A stretch of 64,000 nt of DNA, from positions 9,982,001-10,046,000 of the forward strand of contig CM022673.1 of NCBI GenBank assembly GCA_012295275.1, in the 5' to 3' direction. The DNA is from Chrysomallon squamiferum. Lineage: Eukaryota > Animalia > Mollusca. The notes under the pieces were generated by a model, which saw nothing but the letters and a program-made list of their open reading frames with translations, made no database searches and had not been told where the DNA came from. Position 1 is the stretch's first letter; every line of letters starts with the position of its first letter. Made by a program: the position numbers and the translations under genes. Positions 13,243-28,970 of this stretch are shown piece by piece.

Positions 13243-15029
13243 GAGTCTTTTATATTGTTATTTTTTTATTATTATTTTACATATATGTGTGTGTGTGTGT
13301 GTATATCTATATTTTCTCTTTTTTTCTTCGACGAATTTTCATTCCTCTTTCTTTTCATCATCATCATCATCATTATTATCATCATTATTATTATTATTAT
13401 TAACAATATTATTATAACACCATTCTTTTTCTTCTTCTTTATTATTATTTCATATTATTAGCATTAGTAGTAGTAGTAGTGGTAGTAGTAATAGTAATAG
13501 TAGTAGTACCATTACAATTGTCATTACTTTATTATTTTTATTTATTTAATTTCTTTTATTATATTTTATTTTCTTTTATTTATTTTTCTTCATCCATTTC
13601 CTCTACCTTTTTTTTTTCTTCTATTTTGTATCTGTTTCATCTTCTTCTTCTTTTTCTTGGTCTTATTAATGTTTTCATCATGGCGCCTGTATGCTGTACA
13701 GAGCTCGTAACGTAAAGATTCGACTAATAAAACTTGCAATAACCCATCCACACCATAAACACTGCGAACTACGACAAACTTTATTTCCTAAATGGGAAAC
13801 TGGAGTCTGAGTTCTCAAACTGAGAAAAAAACCAATAAACGTCATTTTTGCAAAATTAATTTGGGATGATGTACTAATAAACGAGTAACATTTGTTTGAT
13901 GGCTGACTCGTTACTCGTTACACCGGCGCCATGCTGTTGCCTTTTATTGGATTTCTGTTAAGAGAAACTGGAAAAGCTGATACGTCCCGTGTTGTTCTGT
14001 GAATTCAGAGGAATTCCCAGAATTCGATTCTCACATATCAGAATTGTGGAAATCGGCCGATGTCCTCATTTCGCCATTGTCAACAGAGAGTATATATTTC
14101 TGTAACACATCAACTAAAATTATTAGCGACTTTTTAAAAGACTTTTTTTTTTTTTTACTCAGAGGCTAAAGGAACAATCCTATCAGCACTGGATACAAAC
14201 TAAACTAACATTGTCAAAGCTTCTTTGAGAAGAAATAACGGCCAGATTACGTCAGTTTAACCAATACACTAAAACTTTTAATGCTCCTTTCGACTCCAGT
14301 GGATACGTCTGTGTGACAAACGAACTAAAATCCTTAGAGACTGTTATGTGCTGAGGCTATACGCAAATGTGTTGCAGCAGAGATCCTGAATGTGCCAGGA
14401 TCAGTTGAGATTATTTTTATGCAATAAATGAACTAAAATTGATAAGAATCTCTTTAGACGTTAAATCCATAAACTGTGCGAAGCAAAAGAGAACCTGAAT
14501 TTGCAAATGTCGGGCCCAATCAGAATCTGATAAAAACATTTTTTAATGTTTGTGCTAAATGTTGATTTAATAATAAATTACAAAATATCCGCAGTTGACG
14601 TCGATCTTCAAAGTTTTGCTGTCCCTTTGAACAGAAAAAAAAAATCACTTCAGCAACGCCAATGTCCACAGCATCTGGCATATCAAAATACCATTCTAAA
14701 CCAATATCATAAATACACCGGCATGTTTCAGATATAATGGTATTAAAATATCTCTTCAGTTCTGTTCTTCGTCTCTTTATTACTTTTCTGTGTTGACAAG
14801 CGCAGACTGGGAAATTAATAAAAATCTCAACGCGGTGGTAACATATTATTAAATATGCCAGTGGACGACCAGTATCTGAGAATCTGACTACAGGCTGCTG
14901 GATGTTACTCAGTCATCACCTTGTCAGCGTGAACAAACTGTCAGCTTCGTTTAAGAAACGAACGACTCAACGAAACTTTTCTTTTTCTGAACGTTTTCTG
15001 TTTTATTATCTCTGATGTGATGACTCTGC

Positions 15030-15390
15030 AGTCAGACAGACATACAGATACATCGAAATATAGTCAGACAGACAGATAGACAGATAGAAAGACAGACAGA
15101 TAGATAGATAGATAGACAGATAGACAGATAGATATATAGAAATATACAGATAGGTAGATAGATAGACATACATATAGACAGATAGAACTATAGACATAGA
15201 CATAGAGATATATACAGATATATAGATATAAATATAGGCAAATAGACAGATAGATAGACAGACTTAGATAGATAGACAGACAGACAGATAGATAGAGAGA
15301 TAGACATAGATAGATAGATAGATAGATAGACAGACATACAGACAGATAGATAGATAGATAGATAGATAAACACAAATATAATGGACTCAA

Positions 15391-15430
<40 letters not shown>
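15030..15430. repeat. (GATA/GACA)n plus (CA)n compound microsatellite
   Basis: Directly visible tetranucleotide and dinucleotide arrays. Confidence 0.95.
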
Positions 15431-15433
<3 letters not shown>

Positions 15434-15813
15434 GTCTAATGGACATCCTGCAATGTGAAACAACTGATTACATACAAATACATCATACACAACACATACA
15501 TAAACAGATTTCTCATATACTTTTTAAAAAAAAACACAGATTCTATTAACGTCGTATAACATTTCAACATCAAAGACAATGGACGTCATGATAACTGATG
15601 CTATTACACTTTGTCGTTAATATGACATACTAATTGTCTGGCAGACGAAGAAAACTGCTTTATTTCAGTCTGAAACGAACGTTTAATGATAAAAACACAG
15701 AACAAATGTCTTATTGTCACAAACAGTCCTGACTTTTCTGTAAATCGGATTTTTTTTTTTTTTTTTGCCTTTCTTATTAATGTAATCGTAATGCAGATGA
15801 ATAATGGAAATAG

Positions 15814-15847
<34 letters not shown>

Positions 15848-16156
15848 TGATGTTTTTGTTGTAATTGTTATTGTTATTGTTTTTGTTTCTATAATTTTTA
15901 TTATTACTATTATTATTATTGATGTTGTTGTTTTTGTTGTCATTGCTGTTGCTGCTATTGCAGCTGTTATTGTTATTATTATTATTATCATTATATTGAT
16001 GTTGTTGTATTGTAATTGTTATTATTATTGTTATTGTTTTAGTTTCTGTAATTTTTATTATTACTATTATTATTGTTGTTGTTGTTTTTGTTGGCGTTGC
16101 TGTTGTTGCTAATGCAACTCTTATTGTAACTGTTATTAATATTATTATTATTATTT

Positions 16157-16227
<71 letters not shown>

Positions 16228-17471
16228 GTTGTTGTTGTTCAAAATTTATAGTATTCATCCTCTGGGAAATGAATATTTAATGTACAAAGAAATTATCAAG
16301 TCCATCTCGAGTGCAATAAAAACAGTTTCAGGATATCATTATGATGTCGTTAAATACAAATAAAAGAAGCGTGAAAATAACGGAAATGTACGCCGTAGCC
16401 TTAGGCGAAATATCAATAAATATAAAACAAATCTCAAAATATGTAGACCGTGAAAACTAAGTTTATTAAGATAATATTGACTTTCTCTAAATTGCTTTTG
16501 TTGTGCAGTATAAATCACCAGTTGTAATACATGCATCTGCACCGCACAAATAAACAGAAAAGCACGCGCACTCACGCATGCATGCACTCATACGTATACA
16601 CATACAGGCAGATAGATATACGTACACATTATTTAGTATTAATTAAAATTTATTAAATATTTCTTTCTCAGTTCTGTTACTAAAGCAGTGGATTTTGAAA
16701 AATGAATATTGCGGTTCAAATTGTCTGACTTTGGCCGGAGTAAAGATAAATACACTTGTGCACGTGTACCTGTGAGTGTACGTGCATGTGCGTATGTTTG
16801 CGTTTGGGTTTTGTGTGTGTTGTGTTTTAATTTGAATGTGAATGTATGTGGTGTGCGTGTGTGTTATCAGTATGTGTATGTGTGTGTGTGTGTGTATTTA
16901 TTTTAGCCCATCCAAAGATCTGTCTCTCTGTCAATCTGAAAATACCGTTATAAGAAACAATTCTCTTGTTGCTGACCACTGTTAAGCAAAAAATAATTTT
17001 CAGTGCAATAAATAAACTTCAGCAATTAACTTGTAAGCTAAGATTCTGTTCACATCGTAAGTAAATGCGAATTGCGTCATCCGACAACAACAACAACAAC
17101 AACAAAGAAATAAAGAAGGAAAAGTAAATGCATACTGGCGCATGAGAGTACTTCCATATCTCAGGCTCAGAATGCGATCTGTCACGCGGGTACGAATGGA
17201 TGCTAATCAGTATAAAACCCCATGGGTTAATCCAAGATAGGACGTCAGAAACGAGTTTTACAGACAAGTATATTGGATATTACAGTCAATACGCAGATTA
17301 TGTGATTTTTTCTTCTTCTTGAATCAAATTCCTCATTATGTCCTCTGCCCATCATCAGTTAATTTTTTTGCTAATATTACATTTTTTTTATAAAATTACA
17401 TAAAATTGCTTCAGGTCCCTCAGATAATGCTGCGGTGTTGTTGACTGATTATGTTTTTGTCGAGAAAATCT

Positions 17472-17569
<98 letters not shown>

Positions 17570-18579
17570 GAATCATTGATATTGAATCTTACAAACCGCA
17601 AACGGCCTATAACATCCGCTAACCGCATAACGCATGTCGCATCCGCTTACCGCATTAACAGAATCTTTGCTTTTGTTATTTCCAATCGAGTAATCATTTC
17701 ACTTAGCTTGTCACTGATAGTCAATGTAAATCAAACAGCAAACTGCAAAATTTGTTTGACATCGTTTCAGCTTTTGTTATTCCAGTTAAAAGTTTATTAG
17801 CATTGATCTGAGTTTGTTTTTAATCACTGGATGTCTTTGGAGAATTGAAAACTCTAGACTGCTTTGTTGATGACTTCTGTTATGAAGTAATTAAATTTAC
17901 AAATTGTCTGTTACCTATGCTGTTGCTATTACTACTAACACTACTACTACTACTACTATTACTACTACTACAGCTACTACTATTACTACTGCTGCTGCTG
18001 TTGCTTCTGCTACTGCTACTATTAAAAAAACAATGATAATAATAATAACAATAATAATGCAATTAGTACTACTGCTGCTACTACTCCTACTACTACTACT
18101 ACTACTAATAATAATCATTACTGTTATTATTGTTATTGCTATTATTATTATTATTATTGCTATTGTTATTATTGTTATTATCAGCTGACGTAGTAGTAGT
18201 TGTAGTAGTAGTAGTAGTAGTAGCAGCAGCAGCAACAGTATATTACTAGTGGTTTTACTGCTGTTGTGAGCAAAGAATAGAAACTAATTCCAATTATTAA
18301 AACAAGACAATTTGGATGCATTTGATAATTATTCTCTGATTGATATTGTTTTTATTGCCAGAGTGTAATAAAGGAATGGTAATAAAAATTAGACCTGTCT
18401 ACGACTCAAAGATCGAGTAATACCAGCCTGAGAGGCAGGCACAATGCTTTTCAATACATGTATCGTTCTATTTCCCGTTATAACCAGGGCTCGGAGAAAA
18501 AATAATTATTAGAGATTATAGCACGCTTCTTTCCTGACGAACATAAGGTGATATTAAAATATATATTTTTGTTCAAACC

Positions 18580-18630
18580 GATAAAAAATAAAAAATAAAT
18601 AAAAAAATAAAAATAAAAATAAAAATAAAA

Positions 18631-18670
<40 letters not shown>

Positions 18671-18850
18671 AAAATAAATAATAAATAATAATAAAAAATA
18701 AATAAATAAAAATAAAAATAAAAATAAATAAATAAATAATCATAATAAAAATAAAAATAAAAATAAAAAAATAAATAAAATTAAAAAAAATTAAAATTAA
18801 AAAAATTTAAAAATAATAATAAAAAAAATTAACAAATCAAAAATAAAAAA
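18580..18850. repeat. Long A-rich (A)n/(AAAAAT)n tract
   Basis: About 270 bp of almost pure A/T just upstream of the Ly6 exon 2 acceptor. Confidence 0.9.
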
Positions 18851-19001
18851 TCAGTAGTACATGGTTTGGCGACAGCTGCATCATTTCCTTTTTCATCTCT
18901 ATTCATTATTAAATTAAAGAAGAAATAACGTAAAATTGGCGCATTAAAATTAATTTACTGAATCCTTCGTAATTAAGATTTTTTTTGTTTTGTTTCTGCA
19001 G

Positions 19002-19114
19002 GTTGGACGGGTGCTCTGACGTGCTGGCACTGTATAGCAGACGACTGCGACGGCGATCCGTCTGACAACTACAAAGCCATCAAAAAGCCGTGCCTTCCAC
19101 ACCAACACTGCCAA
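19002..19114 (+). CDS. Ly6/uPAR three-finger protein, coding exon 2
   Basis: Acceptor ttttgtttctgcag; reads (G)WTGALTCWHCIADDCDGDPSDNYKAIKKPCLPHQHCQ; donor gtacgt, phase 0. LxCxxC is the typical start of an LU domain. Confidence 0.9.
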
Positions 19115-20424
19115 GTACGTATCCGTGCGTGCGTGCGTGCGTGCGTGTGTGCGTGCGTGTGTGTGTGTGTGTGCCTGTGTGTGTGTGTGTGTTTGTTTCT
19201 GTGACTTTACTTGCAGTTTCTATTTTTCAGATGTTTAAAATGAAAACTAATAAAAGAGTAAATTACATCGTAAAAAATAATATTTCAGTTAAAACAAATC
19301 GTAATACGATTTCTTTAATTTCTTTTCCTTTTCTTTTCTTATTTCTTTCTTTTCTTTCTTTTCGTTTTTCTTTTATTTTTTATTTTTTATTTTTTTACTT
19401 TTTTTTTGGTGTAAAAAATGTATTTTACACAAAGGACGTTTTCTTTTTGTTTTTCTTCATATTCTCCTCCTTCTCCTCCTCCTCCTCCTCCTCCTCCTTC
19501 TTCTTCTTCTTCTTCTTCTTCTTCTTCTTCTTCTTCAGCTCAATCTATAAACATCCCTATAGACGTTTCTGCTCTAAAATCGCCAGACTCAAGTTAAAGG
19601 TTAAGATTTACATACTTATCACTTACAGTCTTCAAAATTACCTCAGACCAATTCTCCCGATACTTACAGCATTTCTTCTTCTTTTTTTTTTTGCCCCAAG
19701 CGAAAATTATACCTCTGCGTTTCCTTTCCCCCATTAGTTTTTCTCCAATTAATCAGGCCCAGTGGCGACCCAGCCAAGTTAAATTCGTTTCTCCCAACTA
19801 TTTCAGCCTTCGCTCATGTTACGACACAAAATTGGCAATAAAAACCCCGGCTTCGTTGTTTTGATCTCGACGGATTTCTCAATCAATTTTCCAAAATATC
19901 AGCTGCTGGCAGGAAGTTTCTGGCCTTCTGGGCAAATGAGATTTCAATGAATCATTTGACTACTGGTATTAAAACACAGCTTGTGGCTGTCTCCTCTTGT
20001 TGCGAGTAGAATCGATTAACGAACAATGACTAGAATTAGAACAGAAGTAAGTGGAATCATCTGACTCCGGTGCGCCGATAAGAGGGGAGGGAAGTAACGC
20101 GGAAGTCGTAATAAACCACTTGGTTCCGTTCTTATGATTATAATTATTTGTTATTATTATCTTTTCGCTTTTTTTTTTTTTTTTTTTTTTTTTTAATGCC
20201 CCTGTCCTGTCAAATCCATAACATCTTTATTTCAAAGATTACTGTAATTTTCATTTGTGTGGTTGGAATACAAGATCAAGTTATCGATAAGCTTTTTCCA
20301 GTCAGTGTTATGCGACTGTTATGAAAAGTCGTGGTAAGTGCTGTCCATGAAAACGTGAATGAAATAATCCAAGACATAAACATTCCATGGTGTACACTGT
20401 TAACTGTTTAATGTCTGACATCTA

Positions 20425-20540
<116 letters not shown>

Positions 20541-21196
20541 ATACATTATTTATTGCACATTCACCTTCAGTTGTGTATTTACGACTCACATTACATTAAA
20601 AAAATATCTTTTGATAAACACATCTCTAAAGTACGTTGAAATCAAAGGTTATTTTAATATCCATTAATATTACGCATTCACAATGTAATCTGTAATATCT
20701 TGGAAATAATACACGTCTTTCACGTCTCACCGTTCTTCCATCACAGAACTGTCCAAGAACTCCCGCCACGGATTAGTCTTTAACTCAGTGAGCTTATTGT
20801 ACAAAAGGGCATCGTATTATCAGTTATAGCTACCAGTCATAAAAAGTCACTGTGCTAGGAATGAAATGTCAAATTGCATCAAACCAATGGCGCTACGCTG
20901 TAAAACATAATTATGATTGAAAGTGAAACAATACATCATTATTAAATATGACATTTTCATTTTTTTTCAGGTCTCCCGTGATAGCATCATATTATTCACA
21001 AACACACACACAAACACACATACACATACACACACACAAACACACACACACACATACACACAAGAAAAGAAAAAAAGGATGAAAGAATGTTTCCTATAAT
21101 TACTGTCATTTTGAATATTCCTGCAGGCATGTGCAAATTACACATAATAAAACTAGTGAGTTATCTGGAGATGATAGATGTTTGTCGTTGTTCTCT

Positions 21197-21198
21197 TT

Positions 21199-21251
<53 letters not shown>

Positions 21252-21358
21252 TTTATTTATTTATTTATTTATTTACTTACTTACTTACTTATTTATTCAT
21301 TTATTAATAATTATTTATTTGTTTATTTGTTTGTTTATTTATTTATTTGTTTGTTTGT

Positions 21359-21398
<40 letters not shown>

Positions 21399-21425
21399 TG
21401 ATTTATTTATTTGTTTGTTTGTTTG
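21197..21425. repeat. (TTTA)n microsatellite
   Basis: Directly visible. Confidence 0.95.
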
Positions 21426-21613
21426 CTAGTTAGTTAGTTAGTTTCTTTGTTTATTTTATATCATTGTAAAGGTCTAGATCCTACAGCAAATAGGAGATAT
21501 TAAATCTTGCATCCTAATAACTACAATCTAATTAGCAGTTCATACATAAACTATATCTCAGATCTTCGTAATGGTTTAGCATTGAACTCAAATCCTTTAC
21601 CTAAATTTCCTTT

Positions 21614-21653
<40 letters not shown>

Positions 21654-22364
21654 TTAAAATGATATTATCGTACAAGTCGAGAATATGACTGTGTAGAATA
21701 ATTCAAACAGATTAAAAATATATTTCGGTGATAATAAATTATGACAGGCAGAAAATGAAAATGAAATGAATATTAAACTTTTTGAAATCTGTCGTTTCCC
21801 GTCATCAGTGATAACATTATTTTTTTTTTCTTTTAAATCTATTCATTTTAAACAAAGAAAACTCTGAAAGAAAGAAGAAAAAAAAACATAACCAAAGAAA
21901 GGGGGAAAAAATGAAGAAAAAGAAGTAAAGAAAAAAGGAAAAAAGAAAGAAAAAAGAATAAGAAAAAAGAAACAAAGAAAAGAGACTACTGAAAAGAAGG
22001 AAAGAACAAAATTTAAAATAAATCGATCTAAGAATTGTCCATATAATTGCATTATTAAATTTTCTTATGTTTTTTTTTTGAAACGGTTTATATTTGTAAT
22101 TTTCATCCCTTTCATGTCAAAGCGTTTCTTTTCTATCAGCTGTATTAGTTTTGATATTGTAATTACAAATAAACGCATAAAACTGGGAAATCGAAAACAG
22201 GAGAATGGATCAGTTGTTATGAAAAGAATATCACGGTATCATAACATCCCAAGCAGAATTTACACAAAGAAGAAAATCGATCAATTTTCACTTGGCAGTG
22301 ATCTTTCTGTAGTAAAACTCTCTCAAGCATATTCTACTTTCGTTATTTGTTACAGATATACTAC

Positions 22365-22395
<31 letters not shown>

Positions 22396-22680
22396 TTTTC
22401 TTATGATTTTCCTTTTTAACCCATTCTCCATCTATATTTACTTTATAAGTGATACCAAATACAGTTTTAAAAGTAAAAGTAACTTTACTTTGTTTGTGGG
22501 TTGATTTTTGTTCTCTCTTTTAATGAATTAATACAAGATTTCTATGTTTCCGTCCAATAATGAGCACTTCGGCTTTTTACATTTTCTAATCTATATGTTT
22601 TTCAATAACATTTGTCAGCTTTATATAAACTTTATAATTTGTGTGTGTGTGTGTGTGTGAGATTATTGTCGAGAAAATCT

Positions 22681-22767
<87 letters not shown>

Positions 22768-23146
22768 ACATAATGCTTAAGTTTTTTCATGCAGACTATC
22801 ATGTGTTTGAAAAAATTACCAGTTTGTGGTTCTGATTTGAACGTTAAGTCGCTTCTCGGTTTCAAAGTTAATACATTTTGACATACAGAAAATTACGAAT
22901 ATTAAATCTGACAGAAATCTGTCATTAAAGTAATCTGTTCTCCATCACTGAAAATGTCAGTATTATTTTTGTTTGGTTTCTGTTATTATTATCATTATTA
23001 TGGTTATTCTTATTATTCTATTACTACTACTACTACTACTACTAATACTATTACTACTACTAATACTACTACCACTACAACTACTTCGACAATTATCATC
23101 ATCATCATCGTTATTATGAATATTGTTATATTACTACTACAACGAC

Positions 23147-23199
<53 letters not shown>

Positions 23200-24667
23200 A
23201 TTATTATTATAAAATTCTCTTCATATATTTAGTAAAACATATATTTTATTAAAAACTAATAATAACAGAATATGTTAATGTCATACTGTACAAACATCCA
23301 GTATCTATCGAAATAAGATTACGCTATGTATTTCAGTAACCATATACATATACACTTATATGTCTTCATCTTGTAAATTTAATTATTTCATTACACTAGT
23401 CATCACTAGCTTCCCAATTCTTCAAAGAAATCCAGTGATCAAAAATAAACTCAGATCAATGCTAATAAACATTTATCTGGAATCTGCAGACAAAAGCTAA
23501 AATGATGTTAAACAGACATTGTAGTTTGATGTCTGATTTATGATGACTTTCAGTGACAAGTAAAGTGAAATTATTACCCGACTGGGAATAATTAAAAGTG
23601 ACACAAATTGATTTACAATGATCATCTGGTACACTGGTATCTATTTAATAATGGTATTTAATTATTACAGTAGTTTCATATATATATATATACATACATT
23701 CATACACACACACATATATACATACATGCTATTGCGGCTTTTGTCTTGGGAGAGAGAAATTGTCTATTGCTGTTTATGTTTTTAGCAATTTTCAGCGATC
23801 GCCCAAAATAAAGTATATTAAATTAACTTTTTCAGAGTATTATCTGTGTTACAACTCTGTCCAGACACGATGTTTACGAAGGAAATAAAAAAAAATGAAA
23901 AAAAAAAAATAATGTTGCAGAGAAATTACTAAGTTAATACAGTATATACAAGTACGTTATGTTATTACATTCCAAGACAAAATGCTCCAACACAACACAG
24001 ACCAATCTATTTTGTTAGACAATCATTTGATGACTATGCAATCTGAAAACGTCTTACATGGACACCTTCACCACACGAAGCACAAGCTTGAAATATCTTT
24101 CAATGAAAGTTTAAATTAGAAATATTACACCGCCACGATTTTCTTCGTGTAGATTTGAACCCAGCGTCTAACATACTTCAGGTCTATGTTATTAGTTTGT
24201 GGTTAGAAGAAAAAAAAATAGTCCCAGTGGTCAGTCATCTCCCCAGTTTTGAAACCAGTAATCCGAGGTAAATCCTGGGATTTAACTGAACTTCGTCGTG
24301 CAGTTGATTGATGCTTACTTAAAAATCTTTAAAACGCATCGGTAAATTATTTCCATTCGCTGGTTTCAGTTCGTGGAAAAATTTCAAATCCTGTGGCGTC
24401 GAACTAATCACTGGTATTTAACACGGCAGGAAACGGAAGTAGACATTTTCCTCCAGGCATTGTGGGTAATAATCAACAGCTTTTCAATCTGGACAGCTTG
24501 ATCTTATCAGGAACACGTCTGTCGTTTTAATGTGATATTTTCTATTTTAAACTTTTGAATTTCGCAATATTGGGTTTCTAATAGTAGTAGCAATATCAGA
24601 ATAGCAATTTTTTGATGTTGTGGTAGAGGTGGTAATAGAAATAGTATTAGTAATAGAGTAGAAGTAA

Positions 24668-24726
<59 letters not shown>

Positions 24727-25322
24727 AGTATTACTGTTATTATTACTCTTATGACTATTATTATTACTACTTCTACTACAGCTGTCGTTGTTATTGGTGT
24801 TGTTGTTGCTATCATTACAGTTTACGAAAGGTAGTAGTAGTAGTGCACTAGAAATATAGAAGTAGTAACAGTTATACAGTAAAAGCATAGCAGTAGAGTA
24901 GTAGTAATGGTAGTAGTATGGTAATTGTAGTATATTTACTAGTGCATCAGTAGTGATGTATTAGAAAATTCTCAATTATGCCAAACTGTAACATCTGCTT
25001 CATAAATTATTTCAAAAATCATTATCAAGATAGGACTCCTGTTAGCAGTTCTTCTTCTTTTTCTTCTTCTTCTTTCATTAAACACGTTAATTAAATAATA
25101 AGTGATTCTTTCACTCAGTCAGCAGTTTGCAGTAATAATAATCGTCGCTGTAATTCAGTTTCACGGAAACAATGCCTTTTTTTTTTCCATTGGATGATTG
25201 ACATAAAATCTATTTTTAGTTTCATTATGGCGTTATAGCTCGACTTTTTCTAGTTCTAATGTTTCTTAACTCCACACTTTCTTTTTTTTTTTTTTTTTTT
25301 TTCATTCTTTTTTCTTTTTTTT

Positions 25323-25375
<53 letters not shown>

Positions 25376-25525
25376 CATTTTTCAGTTGTAATTCTTTCTA
25401 ATACGAGGTTTTTAAAGACTTTTTGTGAGTCCTTAAATAATAAGTGTGTGTGTGTGTGTGTGGAGTGTGTGTGTGTGTTTAGGATTTCAATGATTCCTAA
25501 CAGCACTTCTCTGTTCTCGTTTCAG

Positions 25526-25789
25526 AAAGTTTACTTTGAGATGTACAGCGACTACGACAAGAAGAAATACACGTCGACAGTTCGCAGCTGTGCTGAAGAG
25601 TGCATCCCGCAGGACGACTTTGAAAACTGCACCAAAGAGCTTTTCAAAACTCGAGGCTGCCGGAAAAAAACGTGCTGTGCAAACAAGGACCTGTGTAACT
25701 CTACCCCGGCGACGCGCCAGCCTTTCCTATTGATTCTGCTATTAATGTCCATCATGGCGTTAATAGTACACGGAAAAGATCGCAGGTAA
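25526..25789 (+). CDS. Ly6/uPAR three-finger protein, coding exon 3 (CCxxxxxCN end plus hydrophobic tail)
   Basis: Acceptor ctcgtttcag; reads KVYFEMY...VRSCAEEC...RGCRKKTCCANKDLCNSTPATRQPFLLILLLMSIMALIVHGKDRR*. Has the LU-terminal CC..CN motif and a GPI-signal-like tail. Spliced product is 149 aa with 12 Cys in the mature domain. Confidence 0.92.
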   Translation, partial: KVYFEMYSDYDKKKYTSTVRSCAEECIPQDDFENCTKELFKTRGCRKKTCCANKDLCNSTPATRQPFLLILLLMSIMALIVHGKDRR

Positions 25790-26146
25790 TTACAATGCAG
25801 GCGAACGCGGGTCAGGTGATATGCCGAAGTGATGCATTATCGAAGTAACCGTGAGGTCGGAACGAGAATGGAGAAGAAAGAAAACCAACACAGCAGAGTG
25901 ATTAACGTATTGTTTTTCCTCTTAAGATATTCTCTGTGATTATTTTCGACCCTTTTCGAATATTCTGTGTTTCTTTGTAATGACCAGTATCCACTATGAC
26001 GGTAAACATCATGATGAATTTTATAATTATCAAGCACCATATTATACTTTTTTTTTTTTTTTTTTTCCATAACTGATCTCCGGGATTCACGATTCATCTG
26101 AACTCTTGACCATATTTATGTTTGTTGCCCTTTTACACACACACAC

Positions 26147-26199
<53 letters not shown>

Positions 26200-26995
26200 T
26201 ACACACGCATACACACACACGTGAACGTGAACGTAAATGTACGACAGACTCAATTATCTTTCGTAAACCTTTCTTTACACATCTAGGGATTATGGATTCA
26301 ATATTTATTTATTTAAAATATATTTTCGAATACGTTCAAATTACTGTTTCATTTTTTTTTTTTTTTTTTTTTCACATCCGTCAGTCTTTTCTAACAATAA
26401 ATTATGAAAATAAAATAACATGGTTAAGGTTCATGACAATTCATTTTCTCCATATTACTGTGACGTTATTTCGTACATAGACGTATTTTAAAATATAACT
26501 AATCAGATTACAATATTAACAAAAGGAAGATGGTAATGTTATTAACAGAATTCTTACAATCAAACTCTTCTAGAACCGATATAATGCTATACTTATGATA
26601 CATGTAGAAGCTGCTATACAATTCAGTTACTGGTAACATACTTCTAATATTGGCAATACGGCTTTTATAAATTTACAGTTCTCGCGCTTGTTATGTCACC
26701 ATGATAATCCTTATAAGGTCATCTGTGGCTTCTTATATTGTTACTAACAGCGTTCTTATTATGTTACAAATATCATGTTTATAGTGTTTTAAATAATTGA
26801 TTAAAGTTACCAGTAATGTATGTATATGATATTGTCAAGTGATTCTATAGCACGGATTCGTTTATTTTTTATCTTTCTTTCATCTTCTTCTTAAAAAAAA
26901 AAAGACAGAAAGAAAGAAAAAAAAGAAACGAAAAAGCAATACAAATAAATCAGTACTGAAATTTTAGTTAATTCTATACCGATCACAAAATTAAA

Positions 26996-27043
<48 letters not shown>

Positions 27044-27789
27044 ATGACTATGATTATGATCATGATTATCATCATCATCATCGTCGTCATCATCATCATC
27101 ATTTATCAGACATTTTCTTGTATTACTTTGATACACGTATTTGAAAGAATATGTAATATTTTGTTAAAGGCTTAATGATATAGTGCTTACTCTAACGAGT
27201 TTGTAATGCAAATTATACGTTCATCAAAACTGGTTAGCAGTAGTAAGTTTATGTAAATAACTTCGTTAATGCTAAAACAGATATAAATATATTTGTATAG
27301 CATATATCATGGTACGTTTATGTACATAGCGTTGTTAGTGATGTAACATATATAACGGTTTTGTTTTGTACAGCAGGCTTTTGGAAATAGCGGGATAGGT
27401 TTAATAAGATTTAGCTAATAGAAATAACAGGGAATGATAGGAAGAATTAGCTAATAGAAATAACAGATCTGGTTGATACGTTTGTTTATAGGTATCATTA
27501 CGGTATTGAATAATACTGGGGTTGATATGACTATTTTATAACGGGGTTATTTTTGTTATTGTAAATGGCTATGCCATTATATATGTATATTTAGTTTTCG
27601 GTTATATATACATACTGTGCTATTTGTTAGAGTAGAGTAAATATTTTTTCTTCTTCTTGTTTTTATTATTATTATTATTATAACTACTACTACTATTACT
27701 ATTGCTGTTCTTCTTTTTCTTCTTATTATTACTGTTAGTGTTGTTGTTGTTATTTATTATTTATTACTGTTTATTATTATTACTATTAC

Positions 27790-27822
<33 letters not shown>

Positions 27823-28148
27823 CATCATTATTATTATTAGTATTATTATTATCATTATTATTATTATGTTATTAATATTACGACATTTCTTAGATCAAGA
27901 ATTTATTAAATCTGTCCAGTGAAGTATGTAAATTTGTATATATGTGTTTTTGTTTTTTTTTTCGTAGTATCAGTTACACTTTTAGAAACACTTCGATCTG
28001 AAGACAGCACAAACTGTAGACTATTTCTGCACATCCGTCCACTATTTCTTTCGTTCTGTGTAGAGAAAACATTCTCTGTGTATCTGAACCGAATAATAAA
28101 ATATATACTATCTTTGCTGTGTTGTTCTTTATTTTATTACTTGTACTG

Positions 28149-28151
28149 TAC

Positions 28152-28184
<33 letters not shown>

Positions 28185-28970
28185 AACTACTACTACCACT
28201 ACTACTACTACTACTACCATTACTGCTACTACTACTACAACTACTACCACTACTACTACTACTGCTACTGCTACTACCACTACTACTACTGCTACTACTA
28301 CTACTATGATTGTTATGCCTAAAAAATACATTCTCGCTCAGATATTCATCTCGTTCTATTCTGAAACAAGTAAGAAAAATGAAAAAAGAATCGATTAATA
28401 AAATATGTGTTATCTATGCTTCCTTATTGTTTACTTTTACTACTCTTACTACTACAACTACTACTACTACTACTACCACTACCACAACTACTATTACTAT
28501 TACTCCTACAACAAAAACAATAATAATGCAGTTATTATTGTTATTATTGCTAATGCGACAACTACGTCTGCTATTACGACCACTGCTTCGTCTTCTTCTA
28601 ATGCTACAGCTACTAGTACTACTCCTACTACTACCACAATTGCTATAACTACTGCCACTACTACTGCGACTACAAATGCTGAAACTGTTGTTGATAATGC
28701 TGCTAATATTACTATCATAGATACCATCTTCATCTTCACTACTATTACTACTACTATTACCACCACCATTATAACGTCTACTACTACTACTACCACAAAT
28801 ACTGTTGCTGATAATCATAGTAATGTTACTACTATCTTCATCTTTGTTATCATTACTTTTACTGCCACCGCTACTACTATTGCTGCTGCTGCTGCTACTA
28901 CTACTACTTTTAATAATAATAATATTAATAATAACGATGACGATGATGATGACGATGATGAAGATGATGA
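28149..28970. repeat. Degenerate (ACT/ACC/GCT/GAT)n trinucleotide low-complexity block
   Basis: Directly visible; source of the poly-T/Y/V/L ORFs. Confidence 0.9.

Noticed and set aside
19115-19737. Most of the 215-aa ORF 19090-19737
   Set aside because: Intronic simple repeats, in a different frame from the true exon 2.
24120-24200. B-box-like remnants here and near 35130 and 3220
   Set aside because: Too short and degenerate to call as tRNA or SINE.
25259-25525. N-terminal part of ORF 25259-25789
   Set aside because: Poly-T/TG intron upstream of the acceptor at 25525.
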